From Actinomycetota bacterium (GTDB taxonomy: Bacteria > Actinomycetota > UBA4738 > HRBIN12): a stretch of DNA of 60,053 bases. This document shows positions 38,136 to 47,831 of the stretch, one piece after another. The stretch covers positions 1 through 60,053 of the forward strand of contig JBKOWM010000056.1 of the NCBI GenBank assembly GCA_046724395.1, read 5' to 3'. Made by a program: the position numbers and the translations under genes. Position 1 is the first letter of the stretch; the number at the start of each line of letters is the position of its first letter. Under the pieces are notes generated by a model that did not search any database, was not told the origin of the DNA, and saw only the letters and a list, made by a program, of their open reading frames with translations.

Positions 38136-39413
38136 TCACGACGTCACCTCCTCCAGCCGGCGCTGCAGAAACCGCCGATCCACCGGGTTCGTCGCGAGCG
38201 CCAGCGCCCGGCGGAACGCTTGCGCCGCGGCCGCGCGATCGCCCGCACGATCGAGCATCGCCGCCCGCGTCGAGTGCAGCAGGTGATAGCGGCGGAGCCG
38301 CGGGTCCGCGGCCAGCTCGTCCACGAGCCGAAGACCCGCGTGCGGTCCGTCGCGCATCGAAACGGCGGCCGCGCGGTTCAGAGCGACGACCGGGGATGGC
38401 GCGAGGGCGAGCAGCCTGTCGTACAGCGCGACGATCTCGCCCCAGTCGGTCTCGTCCGCCGTGTGTGCTTCGGCGTGAACGGCCGCGATCGCCGCCTGGA
38501 CCTGGTACGGCCCGGGTCTGCCGAGCGTCAGCGCGCTCGTCAGCATCGCGAGCCCCTCGTCGATCTCCCCCCTGTCCCACAAAGACCGGTCTTGATCGGC
38601 GAGCAACACCATCTCGCCGGTCGCGTTGGTTCGTGCCGACCTGCGCGAGTCGTGGAGCAGCATGAGCGCCAGCAGACCGATTGCCTCGGGCTCGCCCGGC
38701 AGCAGCTCTGTGAGCATTCGCGCCAGCCGGATCGCCTCGGTTGCGAGATCGGCGCGCGTCAGCGTCTCCGCACTCGTCGAGAGATAGCCCTCGTTGAAGA
38801 CGAAATACAAGGCCGCGAGCGCGACAACGACGCGCTCGCTAAGGGCGTCGGCCGGTGGGACGGCGATCGGGATCGCGGCCTCGCGGATCTTGCGTTTGGC
38901 GCGCGACAGCCGCTGTGCCACGGTTGGTTCGGGCTCGAGGAACGCGCGAGCGATCTCTCGCGTCGTGAGGCCCCCGAGCGTCCGGAGCGTGAGCGCGACC
39001 TGAGCCTCGCGCGCCAGCGCCGGGTGGCAGCAGGCGAACATCAGCGCCAGTCGGTCGTCCGGGTAGTCGTCCATCGCATGCCGCTCGACCGTGGTTCCCC
39101 TCCCCGGCCCGCCGGTCGCGACCTCACCCGCGTCTCGTCGTGCGTCGGCCTCGAGAACCGCGAGCTTCCCGGCGTAGCGCCGATCACGACGCAGGCGGTC
39201 GATGGCGCGGTTTCGCGCCGTCGTCGTGATCCACGCGCCCGGATTGTCCGGCGTGCCGTGGGCGGGCCACCGCTCGAGCGCGACGGCGAACGCCTCCTGC
39301 ACAGCCTCCTCGGCGAGGTCGATGTCTCCGACCGCGCGCGCGATGGTCGCGACCGCTCGGGCCGACTCTCGTCGGAATAGGCGGTCGACGAGGTCGGCCG
39401 GCCGTTGCGCTAC
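38136..39413 (-). CDS. ECF42-type sigma factor with C-terminal TPR extension (start unresolved)
   Basis: AEEAVQEAF, W..TARNRAID, FACCHPAL, FNEGY, QDRSLWD, GPYQVQAAIAA; DGPF gene directly upstream. Confidence 0.9.
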   Translation of the reverse strand, partial: VAQRPADLVDRLFRRESARAVATIARAVGDIDLAEEAVQEAFAVALERWPAHGTPDNPGAWITTTARNRAIDRLRRDRRYAGKLAVLEADARRDAGEVATGGPGRGTTVERHAMDDYPDDRLALMFACCHPALAREAQVALTLRTLGGLTTREIARAFLEPEPTVAQRLSRAKRKIREAAIPIAVPPADALSERVVVALAALYFVFNEGYLSTSAETLTRADLATEAIRLARMLTELLPGEPEAIGLLALMLLHDSRRSARTNATGEMVLLADQDRSLWDRGEIDEGLAMLTSALTLGRPGPYQVQAAIAAVHAEAHTADETDWGEIVALYDRLLALAPSPVVALNRAAAVSMRDGPHAGLRLVDELAADPRLRRYHLLHSTRAAMLDRAGDRAAAAQAFRRALALATNPVDRRFLQRRLEEVTS

Positions 39414-39766
39414 CGATGCCCCTCGTGCGGCTCGTCGTCCCCGATGACGGGACGTACCTCGACCTTGCCGCCGATACGAAGCGACGGGATCCTGCCGGCG
39501 GTCTGGAGAGCCTCGTCGAGCGAGTCGCACTCCACCAGGAAGAACCCGCCGAGCTGCTCCTTGGTCTCCGCGAAGGGACCGTCGGCGACGATCGTCTTTC
39601 CGCTGTCGGACCGAAGCGTCGTCACCGCTGTCGACAGTTGCTCGCCGCCCCGCATCTGGCCATGCTCGACGAGTCCGTTCGCGAACTTGTCGTATTCCTG
39701 CATCAGCCCCTGCCCCGCTCGCTCGACGGCGCTCGGGTCGTCGTAGATCAGCAGCGCGTACTTCAC
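39410..39766 (-). CDS. YciI/DGPF family protein
   Basis: DGPFAETKEQLGGF, VEVRP; AAGGAG RBS. Confidence 0.93.
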   Translation of the reverse strand: MKYALLIYDDPSAVERAGQGLMQEYDKFANGLVEHGQMRGGEQLSTAVTTLRSDSGKTIVADGPFAETKEQLGGFFLVECDSLDEALQTAGRIPSLRIGGKVEVRPVIGDDEPHEGHR

Positions 39767-39814
39767 GGCTGGCTCCTTCCTCCCGGCGACCCAGGCGGCC
39801 ACCTTCACCCTACC

Positions 39815-39841
39815 GACGAACGGCGACGACCGCTTTCGACA
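39815..39841 (-). promoter_or_regulatory. ECF42-type autoregulatory promoter
   Basis: TGTCGA-N17-CGTC upstream of the DGPF gene; agrees with my recollection of the ECF42 consensus. Confidence 0.65.
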
Positions 39842-39987
39842 CCGACGGTCGCCCAACCCGTGCGGCGCCGGACCGATGTGGGGATCACCCACGCCCGGCT
39901 CCGGGCGATCATCGCGACGCCCGGGCGGCGCGTGCCCGTCGATCCACTTGGGTAGGGTCGGTCCCTCGTCCGGAGAGGGAGGAAGAC

Positions 39988-40377
39988 GTGCTGCGGGAGT
40001 TCCGGGAGTTCATCGCCAGAGGAAACCTCATCGAGCTCGCCGTCGCGTTCATCCTGGGCGTCGCGTTCGCGGGTGTCGTCACGGCGTTCTCCAACGTGAT
40101 CCTCAGTCTGATCGGAGCGATGTTCGGAGCCGATCTCACGTTCAATCGGCTGAGGTTCTACATCGGCGACACGCCGATCCCGTACGGCGCCCTTCTGACC
40201 GCGCTCGTGAACTTTCTGATCGTCGCATTCGCCCTGTTCCTGATCGTGAAGGCCTACAACCGCTTCCGCGACAAAGCGGATCCGACAACGCGATCGTGCC
40301 CCCAGTGCACGGTGCAGATCCCGAAGGCGGCCAAACGCTGCCCCGAGTGCACGAGTCAGGTCACGCCCGTCGTCTGA
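39988..40377 (+). CDS. mscL: Large-conductance mechanosensitive channel with C-terminal CxxC..CxxC
   Basis: EFREFIARGNLIELAVAFILG, YG..L.A.VNFLIVA. Confidence 0.92.
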   Translation: MLREFREFIARGNLIELAVAFILGVAFAGVVTAFSNVILSLIGAMFGADLTFNRLRFYIGDTPIPYGALLTALVNFLIVAFALFLIVKAYNRFRDKADPTTRSCPQCTVQIPKAAKRCPECTSQVTPVV

Positions 40378-40437
40378 GCGCCGGCGCTCGGCTCTCAGCG
40401 CCACTTGTGGAAGACGCACCGGACGGCGATCCTTTCG

Positions 40438-41526
40438 TTACCAACGGCCGAGCGCCGCTTCCGTGTGGGCGTCGAACAGATACAGCGAGCCACGTTCGAA
40501 CCCGAGGCGGATGCGGTCTCCCGCGCGCACGCCGGTGTCGGGGACGGTGAAGGCCGTGATCCGGACGTCCGGCGCGGCGCGGACGCCGACGAGCGACTCG
40601 CGCCCGAGCATCTCGACGAATTCCACATCGGCCTCGACGGGCCCGACGAGCCCGTTGCGCTCGTTCCACAGATGGGTGTGCTCGGGTCGCACACCGACGA
40701 TGGCTTCCGACGGGACGGACGTGTCCGGCATCGGCACCGAGACGGCGAAGGGCCCGCTGGAAAGCCGCAGCGAGGCTGCGGCGGCATTGACATGCACCTT
40801 CGCAAAGCTCATCGAAGGACTCCCGATGAAGCCGGCGACGAATACGCTGCTCGGGCGCTCGTACAGGTCCACGGGCAAGCCGACCTGCGCCAAAACCCCC
40901 TCGCTCATGACGGCGATGCGGTCGCCCATGGTCATCGCCTCCACCTGATCGTGGGTGACGTACACCGTGGTCGTGCCGATGGTCTGCTGGACTCGCTTGA
41001 TCTCGCTGCGCGTCTGAACACGAAGCTTCGCGTCGAGGTTCGAAAGCGGCTCGTCCATCAGGAAGACGGCAGGCTCCCGCACGATGGCGCGCCCGAGCGC
41101 GACCCGCTGACGCTGGCCGCCGGAGAGCGCTCCCGGCTTTCGATGGAGCAGGCCGCCGATGCCCAGCATCTCCGCCGCGAACCGAACCCGGCGATCGATC
41201 TCAGCCCGCTGCATCTTGCGCATCTTCAGCCCGAAGGCGAGGTTGTCAAAGACGGTCATCTGCGGGTAGAGGGCGTAATCCTGGAACACCATGGCGATGT
41301 CGCGATCACGCGGCGCCAAGCGGTTGACGACTCGATCTGCGATCCGGACCGTTCCCTCGGTCACGCTCTCGAGGCCGGCGAGGAGGCGAAGCGCCGTCGT
41401 CTTGCCCGATCCCGAGGGGCCGACGAGCACGACGAACTCGCCGTCGATGACGTCCAGGCTGAACTCGCGCAGGGCCACGACCTCGCCGAACCGCTTCGTC
41501 ACGCCCTCGAACGCGAGGCGCGCCAT
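40438..41526 (-). CDS. Sugar ABC transporter ATPase (MalK/MsiK-like)
   Basis: GPSGSGKTT, MVFQDYALYP, LSGGQRQR, DEPLSNLDAKLR. Confidence 0.94.
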   Translation of the reverse strand: MARLAFEGVTKRFGEVVALREFSLDVIDGEFVVLVGPSGSGKTTALRLLAGLESVTEGTVRIADRVVNRLAPRDRDIAMVFQDYALYPQMTVFDNLAFGLKMRKMQRAEIDRRVRFAAEMLGIGGLLHRKPGALSGGQRQRVALGRAIVREPAVFLMDEPLSNLDAKLRVQTRSEIKRVQQTIGTTTVYVTHDQVEAMTMGDRIAVMSEGVLAQVGLPVDLYERPSSVFVAGFIGSPSMSFAKVHVNAAAASLRLSSGPFAVSVPMPDTSVPSEAIVGVRPEHTHLWNERNGLVGPVEADVEFVEMLGRESLVGVRAAPDVRITAFTVPDTGVRAGDRIRLGFERGSLYLFDAHTEAALGRW

Positions 41527-41528
41527 GT

Positions 41529-42356
41529 TCAGCCCTTCACGGCGCCCGTCAGCATGCCGCGCATGAACTGACGCTGGAAGATCACGAAGACGACGAGGAT
41601 CGGGACGGCGACGATGACCGCGCCCGCGGCGACGAGCGGGATGTTCGTCGTGTATCGCCCCTGGAAGCTGGCGAGGCCGAACGGGGCCGTCACGCGATCC
41701 GTCGTGAACACGAGCGCGAGGAAGAACTCGTTCCAGCTGTCGGCGAACGCGAGGACGGCCAGCGTGAAGATGGCCGGGCGTGCGAACGGCACCATGATCC
41801 TCCAGAGAGCCTGCCAGCTGCGAGCTCCGTCGATGCGGGCGGCCTCGAGGAGAGACGGCGGTGCCGACAGGAACGCCGCGCGCATCCAGAAGACGCCGAA
41901 CGCGAGCTCGCCCGAGGTCTCGAGCAGGATCAGCGCCCAATACGTGTTGAGCAGCCCCATCGCCCGGACGTCGTAGAAGAGCGGGACGATGGTCGCCTCA
42001 GTCGGGATGATCAGCCCCAGGATGAACAGGTAGAAGAACGCCCGCGCGCCCTTGAACCTCATCGTCGCGAACGCGTACCCGGCGAGGATCGAGAGCACGA
42101 CGGAGGCCGGCACCATCACGATCGCGATGATCGCGCTCGTCGTGAAGCTCGCGCCGAAGCCACCGACCTGCCACGCCTTCACGTAGTTGTGCCACGCGAA
42201 GCTCGGCGGGAGCCCGAAGCCCGACGGTGCGCTCGCCGGGCCGGCCGGGTAGAGGCTCGCCAGGAACACGCCCACCAGTGGATAGACGGCGACGGCGGTC
42301 ACGGCGATCAGTAGGGCATAGTTGAACGTCACCTGACGCCGCGTGACCGTCGTCAC
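41529..42356 (-). CDS. Carbohydrate ABC permease (MalG-like)
   Basis: EAARIDGA loop, WNEF. Confidence 0.93.
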   Translation of the reverse strand: MTTVTRRQVTFNYALLIAVTAVAVYPLVGVFLASLYPAGPASAPSGFGLPPSFAWHNYVKAWQVGGFGASFTTSAIIAIVMVPASVVLSILAGYAFATMRFKGARAFFYLFILGLIIPTEATIVPLFYDVRAMGLLNTYWALILLETSGELAFGVFWMRAAFLSAPPSLLEAARIDGARSWQALWRIMVPFARPAIFTLAVLAFADSWNEFFLALVFTTDRVTAPFGLASFQGRYTTNIPLVAAGAVIVAVPILVVFVIFQRQFMRGMLTGAVKG

Positions 42357-43312
42357 GACTCGATGCCTCGCTCCATGACGCGATTGATCGCGTAGGTGAC
42401 CGCGAAGATGATCAGCATGAGGACGATCCCGAGCGCGGCCGCTGAGCCGACCTCTCCCGTCCGGAACATCCGCGTCCAGATGAGATACGCCGGTACCGTC
42501 GTCGCCGTTCCCGGCCCGCCGTTCGTGAGGACGTACACCTCGTCGAACGTCCCGAGCGTGCCGATCACCGTGAGCACCAGCACTACCTGCAGCTCGTACC
42601 GAAGTCCGGGCAACGTTACGGCGAAGAACTCGCGAATCGCGTTCGCCCCGTCCACCCGGGCCGCTTCGTACAGGCTTTCCGGGATCTTCATGACGCCAGC
42701 AAGGAACAGGATCAGACAGAAGCCGAACTGCCCCCACAGGCCAAAAACCCCCACCGCCGGAAGCGCCGTCGTGAAGTCGCCAAGCCATCCCTGGGAGGGG
42801 ATGAGTCCACCGAGCCCGATTCCCCGCAGCAGCGTGTTGATCGGGCCGCTCGTGTCGTAGACCCATACCCACGCGACGGCGGTCACGACGTCGGTGATGA
42901 CGAGCGGCAGGAAGAGGAGGACGCGGAACACTGTCAGGCCGCGGATGCGGATACGCGACATGACCGCGGCGAGAAACAGGCCGATGACGATCGGCAGGAA
43001 GGCATAGAAGAACACGAGGACGAGCACATGGACGTAGCCGCCGCGGATGTCGGGATCGGTGAAGAACTCCGTGTAGTTCGCCAGACCCACCCACGTGCCG
43101 GGCGAGATGCCGTCCCACTCGTAGAAGGAGATGTTCACGCCCTGCGCGAGGGGCCAGAGGTTGAACGCCGCGTACAGCAGGAACGCCGGGGCGACGTACA
43201 GGTATCCGATCCGCCGACCCTCGCCCGGCAGACGCTCGCGCGCCGTGCGCCTGCCGAATGCCCGCCGGGCCGCGGCCGCCGTCGAGCCGAGCGCCTCTTG
43301 CGTGGCCGGCAT
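42353..43312 (-). CDS. Carbohydrate ABC permease (MalF-like)
   Basis: VGLANY, IPESLYEAARVDGA, TNGGPG. Confidence 0.93.
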   Translation of the reverse strand: MPATQEALGSTAAAARRAFGRRTARERLPGEGRRIGYLYVAPAFLLYAAFNLWPLAQGVNISFYEWDGISPGTWVGLANYTEFFTDPDIRGGYVHVLVLVFFYAFLPIVIGLFLAAVMSRIRIRGLTVFRVLLFLPLVITDVVTAVAWVWVYDTSGPINTLLRGIGLGGLIPSQGWLGDFTTALPAVGVFGLWGQFGFCLILFLAGVMKIPESLYEAARVDGANAIREFFAVTLPGLRYELQVVLVLTVIGTLGTFDEVYVLTNGGPGTATTVPAYLIWTRMFRTGEVGSAAALGIVLMLIIFAVTYAINRVMERGIES

Positions 43313-44691
43313 CAGGACCGAGAGATTTGGAAGTCGCGGTAGTCCTGCTCGACCTTCTCGACGAACTCCTTCGGCGTGATCTGGGCGGCCATGAGCTCCT
43401 GGATCGCCGCCGTCAACGTGTCGTAGAACGTCGGCGTGGCCCAGTCCAGATACGGAACGACGCCGTTGGACTCGCTCACGGCCCTCGCCGCGTCGATGAC
43501 GTCGGCCAGGACGCTGCCCGGCTCGACGGAGGACGTCGTGGCGCCCGTGTGCAACGGGATCTGGCCGGTGTCGAGCAGCAGATCGCTCGCGTGGTCGCTC
43601 GTCATCCAGTCGATGTACGCGGCGGCCGCATCGGGATTCGTGGAGCCGGCGGTGATCGACAGCGGGAATCCGGCACCGCCCGTGGACACCGGTGCGTCTC
43701 CCTCCTGCAGCGGCGGCAGGACGAAGAACCCAAAGTCGGTGTTGTCCGGACCGAGATCACCAACGATCCAGTTGCCGGTGATCATGAAGACGCCTTGACC
43801 CTTGGCGAAGTCGTTCACGACCGACTGATAGCCCTCGCCGCCGAAGCCCGGCGTGAAGAACCCGTTGTCCGCCCAGTCCCGCAGCATCGTCGCCGCCTGC
43901 AGATTGCCGGGAGTATCGAACGACGTGTCGGCTCCCTCGCTGCCGAAGACGAGGCCGCTCAGCTCGGCCACCGACGCCGTCCGGTCCTGGATGACGGCGT
44001 ACTCGTGGATCCCCGGGAAGGCATCGTTGTTGCCGAACATGATCGGAATCTTGCCGGCACGCCGTGCGACGGTGAGGTCGCGCTCGAAGTCGGCGAGCGT
44101 CGTCGGCACGTTGAGGCCCAGCTCGTCGAGGCGCTGCCTGTTGTAGTACACACCGATGATCTCGCCCATCGTGGTGTAGCCGTACAGGTTCCCGGTACCG
44201 AACTGCTTGCCGTCCGGCGTCCAAGTGCTCACGGAAAGCACGTTTTGAGAGACACGGTCGTTCCAACCGTAGGCAGCCGCGTAATTGTTCAGCGGCAGCA
44301 GCAGCCCCGCCTTGACAAGCTGCCCCATGTCGGGCCATCCCTGGTTCACCTCGACGATGTCAGGCGGATGGGGTCCGGACAACGCGAGTCGGAGCAACGT
44401 CTTCAACTCTCCGAAGTCGCGCTTGACGCGCTTGATCGTCACGTTCGGGTACCGCTGCTCAAACTCGTCGTTGAGCCGGTCCCAGATCCTGCTGACCTGC
44501 CCGGATTCCTGATCCCAAACGGTGAGCGTGATCGGTCCGGTGTCCGGCACGCCCGTACTGGCGGGCGCAGCCGGAGCGGAGGGCTGCTCGACGGTGCCGC
44601 CTGGCGTACAGGCCCCCGCCAGCAGCGCGACCGCGGCCGCGCTCGCCACCAGCAGCGAGACCGGCGGAGCGGTGCTACGCCCTCGAGCCAC
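43312..44691 (-). CDS. Sugar ABC substrate-binding lipoprotein
   Basis: Lipobox LLAGAC; SBP family 1 features (FEQRYPNVTIK, PDIV, YYN). Confidence 0.92.
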   Translation of the reverse strand: MARGRSTAPPVSLLVASAAAVALLAGACTPGGTVEQPSAPAAPASTGVPDTGPITLTVWDQESGQVSRIWDRLNDEFEQRYPNVTIKRVKRDFGELKTLLRLALSGPHPPDIVEVNQGWPDMGQLVKAGLLLPLNNYAAAYGWNDRVSQNVLSVSTWTPDGKQFGTGNLYGYTTMGEIIGVYYNRQRLDELGLNVPTTLADFERDLTVARRAGKIPIMFGNNDAFPGIHEYAVIQDRTASVAELSGLVFGSEGADTSFDTPGNLQAATMLRDWADNGFFTPGFGGEGYQSVVNDFAKGQGVFMITGNWIVGDLGPDNTDFGFFVLPPLQEGDAPVSTGGAGFPLSITAGSTNPDAAAAYIDWMTSDHASDLLLDTGQIPLHTGATTSSVEPGSVLADVIDAARAVSESNGVVPYLDWATPTFYDTLTAAIQELMAAQITPKEFVEKVEQDYRDFQISRS

Positions 44692-44783
44692 GGCCCGTGA
44701 CTCTAGGAGGACTACGTTGTCGGGTCAAGACCGCGGTCCCAAGTCGGTTCTGTTCGGTCGATCTTTGGTCTATGATCGGCCGC

Positions 44784-45557
44784 GTGTCGACGGCGAATGC
44801 GGCTATGCCGCTCGATCGACTCCAGCGGCGCTACCAACAGGTCGGCTCGGCGCTCTCCGCCGAGCTGACGCGAGACCGACGGCCGCCCGGTTGGCTTCTC
44901 CCGCCGGAGCGGGCACTCGCGGCGCATTTCGGCGTCAGCCGGGTGACGCTTCGCCGTGCGGTCCGCGAGTTGGAGGCGGCCGGCGTGCTGGCGCGTGACG
45001 GGCGCGGCTGGACCGTCGCGGGTCCGCGCGTCGGTGAGCCGCCCAACGAGTTGATGAGCTTCTCGGAGATGGCGGCCGCCCGCGGTCTGAGATCCTCCTC
45101 CCGCGTCCTCGCCGCCCGCGTCCGCGGCGCGACGCTCGACGAGTCCGATGTCCTCCGTATCGCGCCGGGCGCGGAGCTCTTCGAGCTCGAGCGGCTGAGG
45201 TCGATGGACGACATCCCGATCCTGATCGATCGCAGCATCGTCCCGCGAGCGCTCGCCCCACGCATCGAGGAGGTCGACTTCACGTCGGCCTCGCTCTACG
45301 TGATCCTCGAGGAGCGATACGGGCTGCGACCGACGCGGGCGCGCTTCGCGGTCGAGGCGATTGCGGCAGACGGTCGCGACGCGGAAGGCCTCGATCTTCA
45401 GATCGGCATGCCGCTGCTCCGGTGCCAGCAGGTGACCGAGGACGCGACCGGTCACGTGATCGAGTCGTGTGAGATGCGGTACCGCGGCGATCGCTATCGG
45501 TTCCGCGCGACGCTCGTTCGCGCGGAGAAAGCCGCCGACGTAGACGCGTTGTCGTGA
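44784..45557 (+). CDS. GntR (HutC/UTRA) regulator
   Basis: LPPERALA..FGVSRVTLRRA, SFSE, SLY, YRGDRY. Confidence 0.92.
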   Translation: MSTANAAMPLDRLQRRYQQVGSALSAELTRDRRPPGWLLPPERALAAHFGVSRVTLRRAVRELEAAGVLARDGRGWTVAGPRVGEPPNELMSFSEMAAARGLRSSSRVLAARVRGATLDESDVLRIAPGAELFELERLRSMDDIPILIDRSIVPRALAPRIEEVDFTSASLYVILEERYGLRPTRARFAVEAIAADGRDAEGLDLQIGMPLLRCQQVTEDATGHVIESCEMRYRGDRYRFRATLVRAEKAADVDALS

Positions 45558-46309
45558 GTGCCGTCGACCTCCGCCGGACCGACGATTACGACGATCTCAG
45601 TCGGATAAGCGCCGAGGTCGTCGCGCAGCACATTCGATCCAAACCGCACGCGCGGATCCTCGTCGCGACCGGTCGAACACCGATCGGGACCTACCAAGTC
45701 CTCGCCGGAATGGTCGAGGCGGGTGCGCTCGACGTGTCCGAGATCACGGCGTTCCAACTCGATGAGTACGTCGGGCTCGAGCCCGATGACCACCGCTCCC
45801 TCGGACGATGGGCGCGCGAGGCCTTCGTGCACCCGCTCGGCCTCGACGACGACCGGTTCGTCACGCTCCCTGTCGCCGGTGTGGATGGGTCCGCGTCCCT
45901 GGCAGAGCACGACCGGCGCGTCCGCGTGGCCGGAGGGTACGACCTCGCGATCCTTGGAATCGGCGAGAACGGACACCTCGGCTTCAACGAACCACCCTGC
46001 GACCCATCGGCGCCGTCACGGGTGGTGACCCTGTCGGCGACCAGCCTCGCCTCGAGCGCCGGGTATTGGGGCGAAAGCGGGGATCTCCCGCGTCGAGCCG
46101 TCACGGTCGGTCTCGGCCCGATCCTCGAGGCGGGGGCGATCATCCTGCTCGTGTCCGGCGCCGGAAAGCGCGCCATCCTCGAGCGAGCGCTCTCGGGGTC
46201 CATGACACCGGATGTTCCCGCCTCATACCTTTTGCGAGCGCGCTCGCTCGTGGTCGTCGCCGACCGCGACGCCTGGCCCGCTCGCACCAACGACGGAGAG
46301 GCAACATGA
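45554..46309 (+). CDS. nagB: Glucosamine-6-phosphate deaminase-like protein
   Basis: ATGRTP, LDEYVG, LGIGENGHLGFNEP, PAS.L. Confidence 0.85.
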   Translation: MSAVDLRRTDDYDDLSRISAEVVAQHIRSKPHARILVATGRTPIGTYQVLAGMVEAGALDVSEITAFQLDEYVGLEPDDHRSLGRWAREAFVHPLGLDDDRFVTLPVAGVDGSASLAEHDRRVRVAGGYDLAILGIGENGHLGFNEPPCDPSAPSRVVTLSATSLASSAGYWGESGDLPRRAVTVGLGPILEAGAIILLVSGAGKRAILERALSGSMTPDVPASYLLRARSLVVVADRDAWPARTNDGEAT

Positions 46310-47676
46310 AGATGACGCTCCTCGGCACCGGCGTGCGAACGCCGTTCGTGCTGCACGGGCTCGCCGAGCATGCGACGGAGCTGGGCCTGTCGGAGGTCGC
46401 GCTGTACGACATCGACGACGAGCGACTGGAGACGATGGCGGCGCTCGGTGGCCATCTGGTTCGTTCATGGGACGCCGCCTTCAACGTGTCCAAAGCGTCC
46501 GAGCCGCGGGTGGCCCTCGAGGGGTCGCGGTTCGTGTTCAGTGCGATCCGGGTCGGTCAGGAGCGGGCGCGGGCGCTCGACGAGCAGATCGCGCTGAAGC
46601 ACGGCGTGCTCGGGCAGGAGACCACGGGCCCCGGTGGCTTCGCGATGGCGCTGCGCACGATCCCGGCCATGCTTGCGTACGCCAAGCTCATCGAGGAGGT
46701 CGCTCCCGGAGCGATGCTCGTCAACTTCACGAACCCCGTCGGGATCATTCTCCAGGCCCTGAGCGATCACTCGTCGATCCGCGTCGTGGGCGTGTGCGAC
46801 GGACCCATCGACATGAAGCGCAGTGTCGCGCAGCTGCTCGGGGTTCCCGGCGACGACGTCCAGGTCGACTACGCCGGGCTAAACCACGCCGGATGGATCC
46901 ACCGGGTTCGAACGGATGGGCGCGACCGGATGCCCGAGCTCTTGGACCGTTACGAGGAGCTTCGCGTCCAGGACGACTCCTGGCGTTTGTTCGACGCGGA
47001 GCTCGTGCGCTCGCTCGGGATGCTTCCGATGGAATACCTCTACTTCTACTACTACCGAGACCGCGCCATCGAGAACGTGATTCGTTCGCACGGGACGCGC
47101 GGCGAGCAGATTCTCGAGCTGAACGAGCAGCTGTGGCCGGTGCTGCGCGAGCGCGTTGCCGCGGGAGACCTCGAGGGCGCCCGAGAGGCCTGGGAGCGAG
47201 CGATGGACGCGCGCCACGCGACATACTTCGCGCGCGAGCGTGGCGAGGTCGTTCGCGTCGATGACGACGAGTCCGCGGATCCGGTCGAGATGTTCGAGGG
47301 CGACGGGTACGAGGGGCTCGCGACGGCCGTGATCGTGGCAGCCGTTCGGCGGATGCGGATCCCTCTGATCGTGAACACGCCGAATCGCGGAGCGATCGAC
47401 GGACTTTCCGGCGACGACGTCGTCGAGGTCACGAGCCTCGTCGACGAAACGGGCGCGTCTCCTCTCCCGCAGGGAAGGCTCCCCGACGTGGCGATGGCCC
47501 TGATCGAACCGATCAAGGCGTACGAGCGTCTGACCGTCCAGGCGGCGGTCGAGGGGTCCTACGGAGCCGCGCTTCGCGCTTTGCTCGTTCACCCGCTCGT
47601 CGGCTCGTACCCGATGGCAAAGGGCATCCTCGACGACTATCTGTCCGCCCACGCGGATCACCTTGCCCTTGCCTAG
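46306..47676 (+). CDS. Family 4 glycoside hydrolase (6-phospho-beta-glucosidase-like)
   Basis: LGQETTGPGG, NFTNP, GVCD, GLNH, YLYFYY. Confidence 0.92.
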   Translation: MKMTLLGTGVRTPFVLHGLAEHATELGLSEVALYDIDDERLETMAALGGHLVRSWDAAFNVSKASEPRVALEGSRFVFSAIRVGQERARALDEQIALKHGVLGQETTGPGGFAMALRTIPAMLAYAKLIEEVAPGAMLVNFTNPVGIILQALSDHSSIRVVGVCDGPIDMKRSVAQLLGVPGDDVQVDYAGLNHAGWIHRVRTDGRDRMPELLDRYEELRVQDDSWRLFDAELVRSLGMLPMEYLYFYYYRDRAIENVIRSHGTRGEQILELNEQLWPVLRERVAAGDLEGAREAWERAMDARHATYFARERGEVVRVDDDESADPVEMFEGDGYEGLATAVIVAAVRRMRIPLIVNTPNRGAIDGLSGDDVVEVTSLVDETGASPLPQGRLPDVAMALIEPIKAYERLTVQAAVEGSYGAALRALLVHPLVGSYPMAKGILDDYLSAHADHLALA

Positions 47677-47831
47677 GACGGCGGTGCTGCGGCGAGCGCT
47701 CGATAGCGACGAGAATCCCACAACCAGGAGACGGCTCTGGTTCAGCGGCGGCTCCGCCGATCCGATGTCGAGAACGGGCCATCGGTGCGCGCGGCGCGGC
47801 TCGACTGAGGCGGCGACGCGCGCCGGCGGGG

